Shown in pieces: positions 49,009-58,734 of a DNA stretch of 64,000 nt (position 1 is its first letter; each line of letters begins with the position of its first letter). This stretch comes from an uncultured delta proteobacterium (GTDB taxonomy: Bacteria > Desulfobacterota > RBG-13-43-22). Both the position numbers and the translations under genes were made by a program. A model generated the notes under the pieces. That model worked only from the letters and a program-made list of their open reading frames with translations, was not told the origin of the DNA and ran no database searches. The stretch covers positions 416,001 to 480,000 of the forward strand of contig CAWJJC010000028.1 of NCBI GenBank assembly GCA_963843145.1, written 5' to 3'.

Positions 49009-49968
49009 ATGAATTCCGGCCCTCCTTTTTTCCCCATCGCGGTTTATTGGGCCCATGTTCAAAACGTAAGTTTTCACGATTCCCTCGCCGGAGTGATTCT
49101 GGTCGGTTTTCTCGTAGGGATTCTCGTAGGGTTCTTCGGGATTGCCGGGCGATTTCTCTTGCCCCCCTTTTTGAACAGCTTCTTCAGTTTTCCCTTCAAC
49201 GTGGCGGTCGGCAGTGACCTGGGGCAGATGCTGGGCACATCCACTTTGAATCTGATGAAGTTCAAAGGGCTCCACAACGTGGACTATAAATTGGGTGGGT
49301 TCATGCTGATCGGCACCGTGGTCGGGGTGGAGGGTGGTGCCCAGATCATGGAGTGGTTGAAGCGTTCCGGTTCTTTTCTTGTCTTGGGCCGCTCCATACA
49401 GTATCTGGATCTGGTCCTGAGTATTTTCTATGTGGCCCTGCTGTTCTGGATTGGTCTCGTGGTTTACCGGGAATCCCGGGGGGCCTCCGGCAGCGAAGGG
49501 GAGGGCGGCTTTTTCCCCGTCGAACCCACGGCCTTGACGGCCAAACTGCAGCATCTGCGTCTTCCGCCCATGATCTCTCTGCCGGTCTCGGGTATCGAAT
49601 CGATCTCCTTATGGATTATTATGCTGGTGGGCCTGATCACCGGACTGCTGGTGGGCCTGCTGGGGGTGGGGGGGGCCTTTATCCGTCTGCCCGCTTTTAT
49701 CTACCTCATCGGTTGCCCGATGGTGGTGGCCATCGGCACCGATTTTTTCGAAAACCTGTTTTCCATGGGCTACGGCACCTTCACCCACTCGATGAAGGGC
49801 AACGTGGACCTTCTCCTGGTGTTGGTCCTCCTGGTCACCGTGGTGCTGGGAAGTCAAATCGGCATCGGCCTGGCCCGGAGGATTCACCAGATCAAAATCA
49901 GGGTGGGCTTTGCTTATATCGCCTTTGTGGCCGTTCTATTGATCCTTCTCAAACTCCTGTGGTTGTGA
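49009..49968 (+). CDS. Sulfite exporter TauE/SafE-family protein
   Basis: GILVGFFG, AVGSDL, GLLGVGGAFI, AIGTD, GNVD. Confidence 0.88.
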   Translation: MNSGPPFFPIAVYWAHVQNVSFHDSLAGVILVGFLVGILVGFFGIAGRFLLPPFLNSFFSFPFNVAVGSDLGQMLGTSTLNLMKFKGLHNVDYKLGGFMLIGTVVGVEGGAQIMEWLKRSGSFLVLGRSIQYLDLVLSIFYVALLFWIGLVVYRESRGASGSEGEGGFFPVEPTALTAKLQHLRLPPMISLPVSGIESISLWIIMLVGLITGLLVGLLGVGGAFIRLPAFIYLIGCPMVVAIGTDFFENLFSMGYGTFTHSMKGNVDLLLVLVLLVTVVLGSQIGIGLARRIHQIKIRVGFAYIAFVAVLLILLKLLWL

Positions 49969-49972
49969 GATC

Positions 49973-51214
49973 ATGTTAGCTATTCTCGCTCAAATTCCGT
50001 CATTTTGGATTGGTCATTTTAAGTCCCGCCATAGCGCGGGACGAAGAATCTCTTTTCTTCAACTGGGCGTCATTTTTATTTTATTGCTCACGGGTTGTGG
50101 TATCCGACAGACGCTTCCTCCGATCCCTGCGCAGGGATATCTTGAAGGGCTGAAACCAGGGGACATCCTGGAAACCCGGACCGGGCAGGTCATCTCCCCC
50201 GAAGTCCTGCTGGAGCGATTGGATGAAGCCCGGGTCGTTTATATCGGGGAAACCCATACCCGTCTAGAAGATCATCAAATCCAGGAATGGATTTTAAAAG
50301 GTCTCTTTGATCGTCATCCTTCCTTGGCAGTGGCCCTGGAGATGTTTCCTCGAGAAATCCAACCCCTTCTGGACCGTTTTTCCCGAGGGGAAGAAACGGA
50401 AGAGGAATTTCTTCGGAAAGTGGACTGGGAGGAGATTTGGGGGTATCCTTTTCAACTTTACCGCCCCATGGTCCTGTTCGCTAAGGAAAAGAGACTCCCC
50501 CTGATCGGCTTGAACGCCCCTCGAGAGGTGGTCACTAAAATTGCCCGTCAAGGTCTTTCCGGCCTTAGTCCGGAAGAGCGAAGGCGGGTGGCAGAGACTA
50601 TTTTAAGCGATCAGCCGGAAGACCGGGAGTTCGTGTTGGAGGAATATGAAAGGCATGTAAAGGGGAGCATCAAGGATTTTGAGACTTTTTACGAAGCGCA
50701 GTTGGCCTGGGAAGAGACCATGGCCGAAAGCCTGGTTGATGCGCTGAAGGTGTTGCCGGAGACCACTCGAATAGTGGTTTTGATCGGAAAAGGCCATATC
50801 TGGGAGGGACGGGGGGTACCCCGTGATGCCTGGAGACGCCTGGCCCACTCATTCCGGACCGTCATCCCGCTTTCGGCAGATTATTCCTTTCGCCCGCTGG
50901 AATCCGCGCCGGCGGACTACCTGTGGATCACGACGGCCTCCCCGGAGCCCCATCGACCCATCCTGGGAATTACAATCCAGACGCTGCCTGGGGGAGAGGG
51001 AATTGCCATCGGCGGATTGACCTCCGGCGGGAGGGCGGAGAAGGCCGGGTTTCAAAAAGGGGATGTGATCAAGAAGGTGAACGAGACCCCGATTCAGACC
51101 CTGGAGGACCTGCACCGGGCCTTGTCCGATAAAACCCCGTTGAAACGATTCGGGATCCACCGGGATGGCCGGGAAATGGAAATTCCGGTGGAATGGGGAA
51201 CGAAAAATCCTTGA
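49973..51214 (+). CDS. ChaN-family lipoprotein with C-terminal PDZ domain
   Basis: LLTGC lipobox, VVYIGETH, LEMF, AQLAWEETMAE, GKGH, PDZ AEKAGFQKGDVI; start uncertain. Confidence 0.85.
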   Translation: MLAILAQIPSFWIGHFKSRHSAGRRISFLQLGVIFILLLTGCGIRQTLPPIPAQGYLEGLKPGDILETRTGQVISPEVLLERLDEARVVYIGETHTRLEDHQIQEWILKGLFDRHPSLAVALEMFPREIQPLLDRFSRGEETEEEFLRKVDWEEIWGYPFQLYRPMVLFAKEKRLPLIGLNAPREVVTKIARQGLSGLSPEERRRVAETILSDQPEDREFVLEEYERHVKGSIKDFETFYEAQLAWEETMAESLVDALKVLPETTRIVVLIGKGHIWEGRGVPRDAWRRLAHSFRTVIPLSADYSFRPLESAPADYLWITTASPEPHRPILGITIQTLPGGEGIAIGGLTSGGRAEKAGFQKGDVIKKVNETPIQTLEDLHRALSDKTPLKRFGIHRDGREMEIPVEWGTKNP

Positions 51215-51296
51215 CAGAAAAGGCTAATCAAGTAATATTATTAAGTTTAAGTTTTTGTAGGGGCATTAATCAATAACTTTTCACAAGGAGGGAATT

Positions 51297-52418
51297 ATGC
51301 AAAGGCGGAGTCAATGGGTTTTAGCAATGGGTATCGTGGCGAGCGTCCTCTTTCTGGCGGTTGCGGCCACTCAGGCAGCGCCGATAGCGGCCAAGATCGG
51401 GGTCATTTCCATTATCACCGGCCCGGGGGCCGGATACGGGGAGGCTATCACCAACGGGTTCAAACTGGCCGCGGGAGAACTGAACGCCAAGGGGGACGTA
51501 AAAATCGACCTGATCATAGAAGATTCTTCGGGCAAACAGGAACAAGCCCTGGCGGCGGCCCAGAAACTGATCAATTCCGACCAGGTGGTGGCCATCCTCG
51601 GCCCCACGCTGAGCACGGAAATGAAGGTGGTCGGTCCGGAGGCCAATGCCAGCGGGGTCCCGATTATGGGTACCTCCACCACCGCCGTGGGCATCACCCA
51701 GATCGGGAAATATGTTTTTCGCAATTCCCTGCCGGAGGCCCTGGCCATCCCGGCTTCGGTGAAAAAGGCCGTAGCCAAGTACCATATCAAAAGCGTGGCC
51801 ATGCTCTACGGGAACGATGACGTTTTCACCAAATCGGGCTTTGACACCATGAAAAAGGTGGCCACCGACCTGGGTCTCAAGATCACCACTATCGAAGAAT
51901 TTCAAAAAGGGCAGGCCGATTACAAGGCCCAATTGACCAAGATCAAAGCTACCAAGCCCGATGCCATCTTTTGCTCGGCCCTCTATGAAGAGGGAGGGGT
52001 CATATTGTCTCAGGCCCGGAAAATGGGGATTACCGTGCCCTTTGTGGGCGGCAACGGCTTCAACTCCCCCAAAGTGATCGAAATCGCCAAAGAGGCCGCC
52101 AACGGATTGATCGTGGCCACCCCCTGGTTCGGGGATAAGGCCGACCCGAAGGTCAAAGCCTTCGTTCAGAAGTATGAAAAGGCCTACGGGAAGAAGCCGG
52201 ATCAGTTCGCCGCCCAGGCCTATGATGCCATGTATATCATGGGCGAGGCCCTGAAGAAAGCCGGGAAAGCTGACCGCGACAAGCTGCGCGACGCCTTAGC
52301 CTCCATTCGCAATTACAACGGCGTGTTGGGCAAGTTCTCCTTCGACAAAGAACGCGACGTGGTCATGGAGCCCAATGTCCTGATCGTCAAGGACGGCAAG
52401 TTTCAGATATTTAACTAA
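51297..52418 (+). CDS. livK: Branched-chain amino acid ABC transporter substrate-binding protein
   Basis: Signal peptide, KIGVI..TG, AILGP..S, DYKAQLTKIK, AQAYDA. Confidence 0.9.
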   Translation: MQRRSQWVLAMGIVASVLFLAVAATQAAPIAAKIGVISIITGPGAGYGEAITNGFKLAAGELNAKGDVKIDLIIEDSSGKQEQALAAAQKLINSDQVVAILGPTLSTEMKVVGPEANASGVPIMGTSTTAVGITQIGKYVFRNSLPEALAIPASVKKAVAKYHIKSVAMLYGNDDVFTKSGFDTMKKVATDLGLKITTIEEFQKGQADYKAQLTKIKATKPDAIFCSALYEEGGVILSQARKMGITVPFVGGNGFNSPKVIEIAKEAANGLIVATPWFGDKADPKVKAFVQKYEKAYGKKPDQFAAQAYDAMYIMGEALKKAGKADRDKLRDALASIRNYNGVLGKFSFDKERDVVMEPNVLIVKDGKFQIFN

Positions 52419-52421
52419 TTG

Positions 52422-52545
52422 CACCGCCCGCTTGCCACGCGGCTCGCTCAAGACGCAAAGGACGCAAAGAATTTTTACATCATGGCCGGTTTTCACCGGC
52501 CATGATAAAAACTATTCTCTTTGCGCCCTTTGCGCCTTTGCGGTG
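52422..52545. repeat. Palindromic element with ACGCAAAG / CTTTGCG short repeats and a central 12-bp hairpin
   Basis: CACCGC...GACGCAAAGGACGCAAAG...ATCATGGCCGGT-tttc-ACCGGCCATGAT...CTTTGCGCCCTTTGCGCCTTTGCGGTG. Confidence 0.8.
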
Positions 52546-52569
52546 AACAAATTTTTTTAAGGTCGAACC

Positions 52570-53454
52570 TTGTTTTTCGAGCAATTAATAAACGGCATCA
52601 CCCTGGGCAGTATCTATGCCATTGTGGCCTTGGGTTACACGCTGGTCTTCGGGGTCCTGGACATCATCAACATGGCCCACGGGGAGATCTTCATGTTCGG
52701 GGCCTTCATTGGTATGCTGCTCATTTCCCGTTTCGAGGCGCCGGTCGTGGTGGCCCTGGGCGGAGCCATTCTGGTGACCGCAGCTTTGGGTTTTCTGTTG
52801 GAACGACTGGCCTTGCGCCCTCTCCGGGGTCGAAGAGGGGTTTCCCATCTGGCTTCTCTGATCAGCACCATCGGCGTGTCCATTTTTCTGGAAAACCTGG
52901 CCCATCATCTTTTCGGCTCCGGCAACAAACGGTTCCCCACTTCTTTTGGAGATATCCAGTTCACTGTCGGACCGGTGTCGATCTACCTGGTGCAGGTCAT
53001 CATCCTGGCCATCTCCATTCTTCTGATGGTGGGCCTCTCCACCTGGCTTTCCAAGGCCAAGACCGGCAAGGCCCTGCGGGCCACGGCGGAAAACCTGGAG
53101 ACGGCCAGTCTGCTCGGCATCAACACGGGCCGGATCATTACCTCCACCGTGGTGGTGGCCTCGTCCATGGGCGGGATCGCCGGGGTGCTGGTGGGCATGG
53201 CCTTCAATTACGTCAACAACCAGATGGGCCTGCCCATGGGGCTTAAAGGGCTGGCCATCATCATCATGGGCGGCATGGGCAGCGTGAACGGGGCCATGGT
53301 CGGCGGATTGATCCTCGGCCTGTCCGAAACCTTCATGGTGGCTTACGGAGATTCCGGCTACCGGGACGCCATCGCCTTTATCGCCATCATTGTGATTTTG
53401 TTGATCCGTCCCCAAGGCCTTTTCGGCCAGGCCCTGCCGGAAGCCAAGCGTTAG
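52570..53454 (+). CDS. livH: Branched-chain amino acid ABC permease
   Basis: QLINGITLGSIYA, INMAHGE, GKALRA, GGMGS. Confidence 0.94.
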   Translation: MFFEQLINGITLGSIYAIVALGYTLVFGVLDIINMAHGEIFMFGAFIGMLLISRFEAPVVVALGGAILVTAALGFLLERLALRPLRGRRGVSHLASLISTIGVSIFLENLAHHLFGSGNKRFPTSFGDIQFTVGPVSIYLVQVIILAISILLMVGLSTWLSKAKTGKALRATAENLETASLLGINTGRIITSTVVVASSMGGIAGVLVGMAFNYVNNQMGLPMGLKGLAIIIMGGMGSVNGAMVGGLILGLSETFMVAYGDSGYRDAIAFIAIIVILLIRPQGLFGQALPEAKR

Positions 53455-53477
53455 CCAAAAAATTTTTGGGCTTAAAC

Positions 53478-53506
53478 TCGAATTTCGTGCTTCGGATTTC
53501 GAATTT
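53478..53506. repeat. Half copy of the AAATCCG-heptamer element
   Basis: TCGAATTTCGTGCTTCGGATTTCGAATTT. Confidence 0.65.
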
Positions 53507-53565
53507 GACAATGCTTTTGTTTGACGGTGCGAGAAATATTCTCGGAATGATTTTTTAAGGAAATA

Positions 53566-54507
53566 ATGATCAACCCTTATTACCTCCAAATCGCCTCTTT
53601 CCTCCTGATCAACATCCTGTTGGCCCTGAGCATCTACATTACCCTCTGCACCGGGCAGTTGTCCCTGGGCAGCGCTGGATTCATGAGCATCGGCGCCTAT
53701 ACCAGCGCTCTGCTGACCGCCAAACTGGGGCTGCCGATCCCTCTGGGCCTTTTGGCCGGAGGGCTGCTGGCCGCGTTCATGGGTCTGCTCATCGGCCTGC
53801 CCACCCTGCGTCTCACCGGGGTCTATCTGGCTATTGCCACGCTGGGTTTCGGAGAAGTGGTTCGTGTCGTTTTTATCAACTGGGAGTCTCTGACCAGCGG
53901 CGCGGTAGGTATCGCCGGAATTCCCCACCTGGGCCGCACCATCCTGGCCCGCCTGCAGGTGATCGGGTTTTCCCCGGAAAGCTGGGGTCTGAAGAATAAC
54001 GAGTTTATCAGCTTGAGCATTTTTCTGGTTCTCCTTTTCCTTACCCTGCTGACCTTACTTTTTTTTAGCCGTCTCCTGAACTCTCGGGTGGGCCGGGCCT
54101 TTGAGGCCATCCGCATGGATGAAAAGGCCGCCGAGGCCATGGGTATCCCGACCACCTATTACAAAATTTTAACCTTTGTGCAGGGTGCGGCCCTGGCCGG
54201 ATTCGCCGGTGCCTTGTTCGCCCATGTGACCGGCTACATCAGTCCGGCGGACTTTACCTATCACCGGGCCGTGGAAATACTGGTTTTTGCCGTTTTCGGG
54301 GGCAGCGAGGTGTTATGGGGACCGGTTTTCGGAGCTGGCTTCCTGACGGTCATGCCGGAACTGCTCCGAGGCTTAAGCGAGTACCGTTATTTTATTTACG
54401 GGGCTATACTGGTGGCCATGATGGTTTTCCGTCCTCAGGGCGTGATCGACCGGACATTGCTCGATCGGCTTCGGGGCCGCCGGAACGAGGGGAAAAATGC
54501 TGCTTGA
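53566..54507 (+). CDS. livM: Branched-chain amino acid ABC permease
   Basis: GQLSLG, LRLTGVYLAIATLGFGE, GRAFEAIR, RPQG. Confidence 0.94.
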   Translation: MINPYYLQIASFLLINILLALSIYITLCTGQLSLGSAGFMSIGAYTSALLTAKLGLPIPLGLLAGGLLAAFMGLLIGLPTLRLTGVYLAIATLGFGEVVRVVFINWESLTSGAVGIAGIPHLGRTILARLQVIGFSPESWGLKNNEFISLSIFLVLLFLTLLTLLFFSRLLNSRVGRAFEAIRMDEKAAEAMGIPTTYYKILTFVQGAALAGFAGALFAHVTGYISPADFTYHRAVEILVFAVFGGSEVLWGPVFGAGFLTVMPELLRGLSEYRYFIYGAILVAMMVFRPQGVIDRTLLDRLRGRRNEGKNAA

Positions 54508-55261
54508 GATCCGGAAGGTCAGCATGATTTTCGGCGGTCTGGCCGCCTTAAAGGATGTGGACTTCCGGTTGGAGGAGGGGGAAATCCTGGGCCTGATCGG
54601 TCCCAACGGCGCGGGTAAGACCACCTTGTTCAATGTGGTCACCTCCTTTCTACACCCAACGGGCGGTGAGATCTTTTTCAACGGTGAAAAGATCAGCGGC
54701 CTCCCTACCCACGAGATTACCAATCGCGGGATCAGCCGGACCTTTCAAAATATCCGTCTTTTCGATCAAATGACCGTGGAAGAGAACGTCATGGTCGGCC
54801 GCCACACCCGCAGCCGGGCCGGGGTTTGGAGCAGTGTCCTGCGGACCGGTTTTCAAAAAAAAGAAGAGTTGCGGATCAGGGAAAAAACCGACGAACTGCT
54901 CGACCTGGTGGGCTTATCGGGAACCAATCGCTCCCCGGCCTCCAGCCTGCCCTACGGGTACCAGCGGCGGGTGGAAATCGCTCGGGCCTTAGCCGGGGAA
55001 CCGCGGCTGATCCTCCTGGATGAACCCGTGGCCGGGATGAACGACAGCGAGACCGAGGAGATGGCCCGGTTGATCAAAAAGATTCTGGGATTCGGCATCA
55101 CCATCCTGTTGATCGAGCACGACATGTCCATGGTCATGAAGGTTTGCGACCGGTTGGTGGTCCTTAATTTCGGCGAGAAGATCGCCGAGGGCGCCCCCCA
55201 GGAGATCCAGAACAATCCCCAGGTCATCGAAGCCTACCTGGGCCGGGAAGAAGCGGAATAA
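54497..55261 (+). CDS. livG: Branched-chain amino acid ABC ATPase
   Basis: GPNGAGKTT, RTFQNIRLF, LLDEPVAG, IEHDM, VIEAYLG. Confidence 0.95.
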   Translation: MLLEIRKVSMIFGGLAALKDVDFRLEEGEILGLIGPNGAGKTTLFNVVTSFLHPTGGEIFFNGEKISGLPTHEITNRGISRTFQNIRLFDQMTVEENVMVGRHTRSRAGVWSSVLRTGFQKKEELRIREKTDELLDLVGLSGTNRSPASSLPYGYQRRVEIARALAGEPRLILLDEPVAGMNDSETEEMARLIKKILGFGITILLIEHDMSMVMKVCDRLVVLNFGEKIAEGAPQEIQNNPQVIEAYLGREEAE

Positions 55262-55968
55262 TGCTGCGGGTCGAAGGGCTGAAGACCAATTACGGAAACA
55301 TCCGGGCACTAAAGGGGGTGGACCTGGAGGTGCCCTCCGGTTCCATTGTGACCATCCTGGGCGTCAACGGGGCCGGCAAAACGACCCTGCTCAAAACCAT
55401 CGCCGGCCTGCTCAAACCCAAGGCCGGAAAGATATTTTTTCTGGACGAGGATATCGCCAGGCTTCCGCCTTTCAAGGTGGTGCAACGGGGCATCGCCCTG
55501 GTCCCGGAAGGACGGGCCATCCTGGCCCGAATGAGCGTTCTGGAAAACTTGGAGATGGGGGCCTACCAGCGCCGCGACGGCCAGGTTCGCCAGGATATCA
55601 AAAAGGAAATGGAGCGTTTCCCCTGGCTGGAAGAACGGCAGGGGCAGCCCGGCGGCTCCCTTTCCGGGGGGGAGCAGCAGATGCTGGCCATCTCCCGGGC
55701 ACTCCTCTCCCGCCCCAAACTGCTACTCTTGGATGAGCCTTCCCTGGGCCTGGCCCCCCTGGTGGTGAACGAGATCTTCCGGATCATCCGCCGCATCAAC
55801 CAGGACGGAACTACAGTCCTCCTGGTGGAGCAGAACGTCAAACAGGCCATGAAAGTCTCCCAGTACGCCTACGTACTGGAAACCGGGAAGATCGTCCTGA
55901 GCGGAACCACCGCCGAGCTCTTGGAAAACCCCAAGATCAAGGAATCATTCCTGGGGCAACGGACCTGA
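55261..55968 (+). CDS. livF: Branched-chain amino acid ABC ATPase
   Basis: NGAGKTT, VPEGR, LSGGEQQM, DEPSLGLAP, VEQN. Confidence 0.95.
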   Translation: MLRVEGLKTNYGNIRALKGVDLEVPSGSIVTILGVNGAGKTTLLKTIAGLLKPKAGKIFFLDEDIARLPPFKVVQRGIALVPEGRAILARMSVLENLEMGAYQRRDGQVRQDIKKEMERFPWLEERQGQPGGSLSGGEQQMLAISRALLSRPKLLLLDEPSLGLAPLVVNEIFRIIRRINQDGTTVLLVEQNVKQAMKVSQYAYVLETGKIVLSGTTAELLENPKIKESFLGQRT

Positions 55969-55993
55969 CCCGCCAACGTAATGCCATAAAGTC

Positions 55994-56017
55994 AAGGGCG
56001 ACCGGCCGGTCGCCCTT
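55994..56017. repeat. 24-bp perfect palindrome (REP-like, probable terminator between convergent genes)
   Basis: AAGGGCGACCGGCCGGTCGCCCTT. Confidence 0.8.
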
Positions 56018-56045
56018 CCGGTTTTTTCATAATCAATATTCTATA

Positions 56046-56318
56046 TTAGTTTTTCAGGATCAAAGGCAGATAAACGAATGACGGTCCGATGCCGGCCCAA
56101 TAACCCAATTCCAACCGAAAATTATCGCTAGCCGATGACCCGATTACCGTCTGCCCCACCGTGAAACTTACGGCATAGTTGGCAGAGGCGGATTTCCCTC
56201 CTGTTCCGGTTAGCGGAACCAACCAATCCAACCTATAATTCGTTGAACTCATGGCCTGGGCGCTGGCCGTCAGAAAGAGGAGGGCAATCAGCGCGAAAAA
56301 CAATGTCAATCGTTTCAT
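56046..56318 (-). CDS. Small secreted protein ending in VYLPLILKN
   Basis: GGAGGAGG RBS, signal peptide AQA, SSTNYRLDW..GTGG..TVGQ..GYW. Confidence 0.82.
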   Translation of the reverse strand: MKRLTLFFALIALLFLTASAQAMSSTNYRLDWLVPLTGTGGKSASANYAVSFTVGQTVIGSSASDNFRLELGYWAGIGPSFVYLPLILKN

Positions 56319-56330
56319 GACCCTCCTCCA

Positions 56331-57203
56331 TTAAAAATTGGTGTCCAGGGTTAGACGAATTCCGGTGATTTCAATGTAATTGGTATCATCAACAAAATTG
56401 AGTAAAAATCGCAGGGTCAGAATACCTTGCGAGGAGGAGAGGGTATTGTAAAGGCTGTCTGTACTTATAGTGTAACTGGATGCTGTATTGCTGATCCGGG
56501 GGGTTGTATTTTGGACCAAGTAAACAGCAGAATCGGCATCTGTATTCTTGTAGAGGTAGGTTCCCGAAATATAATTCAAAGAGCCATTTTGACATCTATA
56601 ATAGACTGTGATGGAGGTTACCCGTATCGGCTGGCCGTAGAGCATACTGGGGATGGTTACCGGATAACGGATATTCTTATTCCCGATTGTTCCTCCCCTA
56701 CGGATTAGGGCTCCTCCATAAGAAAGGTCCCAGCGAGTTGTATCTCCGGAATCTTCTTTGATTAAAGTCGATCCTGGAATGAAGTAATAGCTGGATGCCC
56801 CGCTGCTCAAAATTCCATCAACCAGGCCCCAGGCAAAGGGGGTGCCATATAAAGGTTGCCTGGGGGTCATTTCAGGGTCGCTACCCACTTGAATACCCAG
56901 ATAGAGTTGAGGGGTCCCGCTAAAATCATTGGAGCTGCAACCCCCCATATCCGTATTGAACAAGCCGTTGGCTACGACAACATCATTGGTGTCTGTGCAT
57001 AATACGGTCCCGCCCGAAGAAGCATTGTATATCGTGAATGTTACGCTGTAGGTCCCGTTCAAAGGAGTACCCCCGGCATCGGTCAACTTTCCTTGAATGG
57101 GAATGAAGTTAGACATGGCGGAGACATCTCCTGGAAACATTAGAATTCCAAGCGCCGATAAAAGAACTAAAACAAGCATTCCGACAAAAAAAATTCGCTT
57201 CAT
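56331..57203 (-). CDS. Secreted protein with a QGxLTD..PR..PFA N-terminal module (fibre/adhesin-like)
   Basis: AAGGAGG RBS, signal peptide, IQGKLTDAGGTPLNG...GLF...EMTPRQPLYGTPFA, beta-rich C-domain. Confidence 0.8.
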   Translation of the reverse strand: MKRIFFVGMLVLVLLSALGILMFPGDVSAMSNFIPIQGKLTDAGGTPLNGTYSVTFTIYNASSGGTVLCTDTNDVVVANGLFNTDMGGCSSNDFSGTPQLYLGIQVGSDPEMTPRQPLYGTPFAWGLVDGILSSGASSYYFIPGSTLIKEDSGDTTRWDLSYGGALIRRGGTIGNKNIRYPVTIPSMLYGQPIRVTSITVYYRCQNGSLNYISGTYLYKNTDADSAVYLVQNTTPRISNTASSYTISTDSLYNTLSSSQGILTLRFLLNFVDDTNYIEITGIRLTLDTNF

Positions 57204-57556
57204 GGTGTTCCTCCTTAATTAGGTTTTTAACTTCTCAACAACACGAAACAAAAATTATGAGTCCCCATTCATTTTAAAAAGTATTTAGTTCAAGTTAAAG
57301 CCCTTAAGCGATTGGTTGATTTGGCAAGAGAAATTAATGGAAAGGAACGTCCAGCGGAAATCCAACACTCGGTAAAATGCTGGAAAAACTTCATCTAATC
57401 TCCCGCAATGGTTGAGAAAATATTTTTTCAATCAATAACGGAATAACGGATGGTTGAGGGTTATCTAATTTTAATTGTTTGATATTGAATGATAAATTAT
57501 TTAAATTTATTATATCACAGTTCTATATGGTGAACAAGTTTTAAATTCGGGTGGAT

Positions 57557-58708
57557 TTAAACGTATGACTGAAATGGTTTAAAGAGACGATCCATCCGGA
57601 AGTACTGCAGCAGACTGACAAAAAAAGATAATTTTATGGGATCCTCCTTCATCCCGAACAGATGTCCCGGACAGGAACAGTCGGAGGCTCCGAATCCGGG
57701 GATTGCCCACTCGGTGATGATCCCCATCCTTTCGGCGATTTGACATTCCAGGTCCTCCGAAGCGCGGATCGGCAGTGCCGCCACGAATTCCGAAACCTCC
57801 CGCAGGTAATCGATGTGCCAGAACTTGTTCTTCCTCAAGCGGCGGTGGCGTTCCAGTCGCTGGGTCAGATTTTTCATGGCCGAGCCGACATATACGTAGT
57901 AACCGGCCGGGAAAGTCTGCCGATTTTGCCGGCGGCCGAATTCCAGATTCCTTTTGCGGTTGAGCTTCAGAATCAGCAGGTAGCTTCCCCGGTCCTGGGC
58001 CTCCCTTTGAATCAGCTCCCAGGGGATTTCCAATCGCTTTGTCCGATCGTCGAGAGACAGGTCCGGTTTCCACTCTACTGCCAGCGGGATGATTTCCACC
58101 CGATTCCGGCTGGCCAGAAAGGTTTGGGCGAAAAACAGATCCGTGTGATAATCGGGGAGAAAGAATTCCGCCTTCAGCCAGTGGACGATGAACAGCACCG
58201 CGGTCTTCCGTCCCTGGTCGCTCAATTCGGCTAATTCCCGCAAATGCCGGGCCCCGCGCTCGGTAACCGCATCCGGGAACATAGCCGTTCTCTCCCCGAA
58301 CAGAGTGCAGGATTTCACTTCGACCAGCCATTCCTTTTTCCGGTGTTCCACCAGGAGGTCAAAACGGGAATGATCGATGCGAATCTCCCGGCCGATCACC
58401 CGGGCCCCTTCCCAGCCGGGGACCTTTCCTTGATCGATCAAATTTCCGGCCACTTCGTTGGTCCGATGGGTATGGAGGAAGATCGGAACCCCCTCCCGTT
58501 CCACCGCCAACACGGTAAAGGCGTTTTTTCGGGTAGGGGAGGACGGTTCTTTGACAATATACACGGTGACCCCCGGCAGCAGGAGCTCCTGGAGCCGTCC
58601 GGGGTTGGGTAGAAAAGCCTGGATGATCCTGGCCCCCAGGCGGCAGCGGATTAGAAAACGGTTGGGGCGGTCGATAAACTGGGCCGGTAGAGGAGGGGCG
58701 GGAGGCAT
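57557..58708 (-). CDS. sfsA: SfsA nuclease-like protein fused to a DUF123/GIY-YIG-like domain
   Basis: RPNRF, LPNPGRL, SRFD, VEVKS, FPDAVTERGARHL; GYYVYVGSA, WHIDYL, GFGASDCSC. Confidence 0.9.
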   Translation of the reverse strand: MPPAPPLPAQFIDRPNRFLIRCRLGARIIQAFLPNPGRLQELLLPGVTVYIVKEPSSPTRKNAFTVLAVEREGVPIFLHTHRTNEVAGNLIDQGKVPGWEGARVIGREIRIDHSRFDLLVEHRKKEWLVEVKSCTLFGERTAMFPDAVTERGARHLRELAELSDQGRKTAVLFIVHWLKAEFFLPDYHTDLFFAQTFLASRNRVEIIPLAVEWKPDLSLDDRTKRLEIPWELIQREAQDRGSYLLILKLNRKRNLEFGRRQNRQTFPAGYYVYVGSAMKNLTQRLERHRRLRKNKFWHIDYLREVSEFVAALPIRASEDLECQIAERMGIITEWAIPGFGASDCSCPGHLFGMKEDPIKLSFFVSLLQYFRMDRLFKPFQSYV

Positions 58709-58734
58709 CAGACGGATCGGTTAGGGTGGACCAA

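Noticed and set aside
52585-53928. 447-aa antisense ORF over livH/livM, and similar long shadow ORFs (41381..42349, 38907..39809, 31199..32005, 47241..48059)
   Set aside because: They overlap well-supported genes and have no motifs; expected in GC-rich coding DNA.
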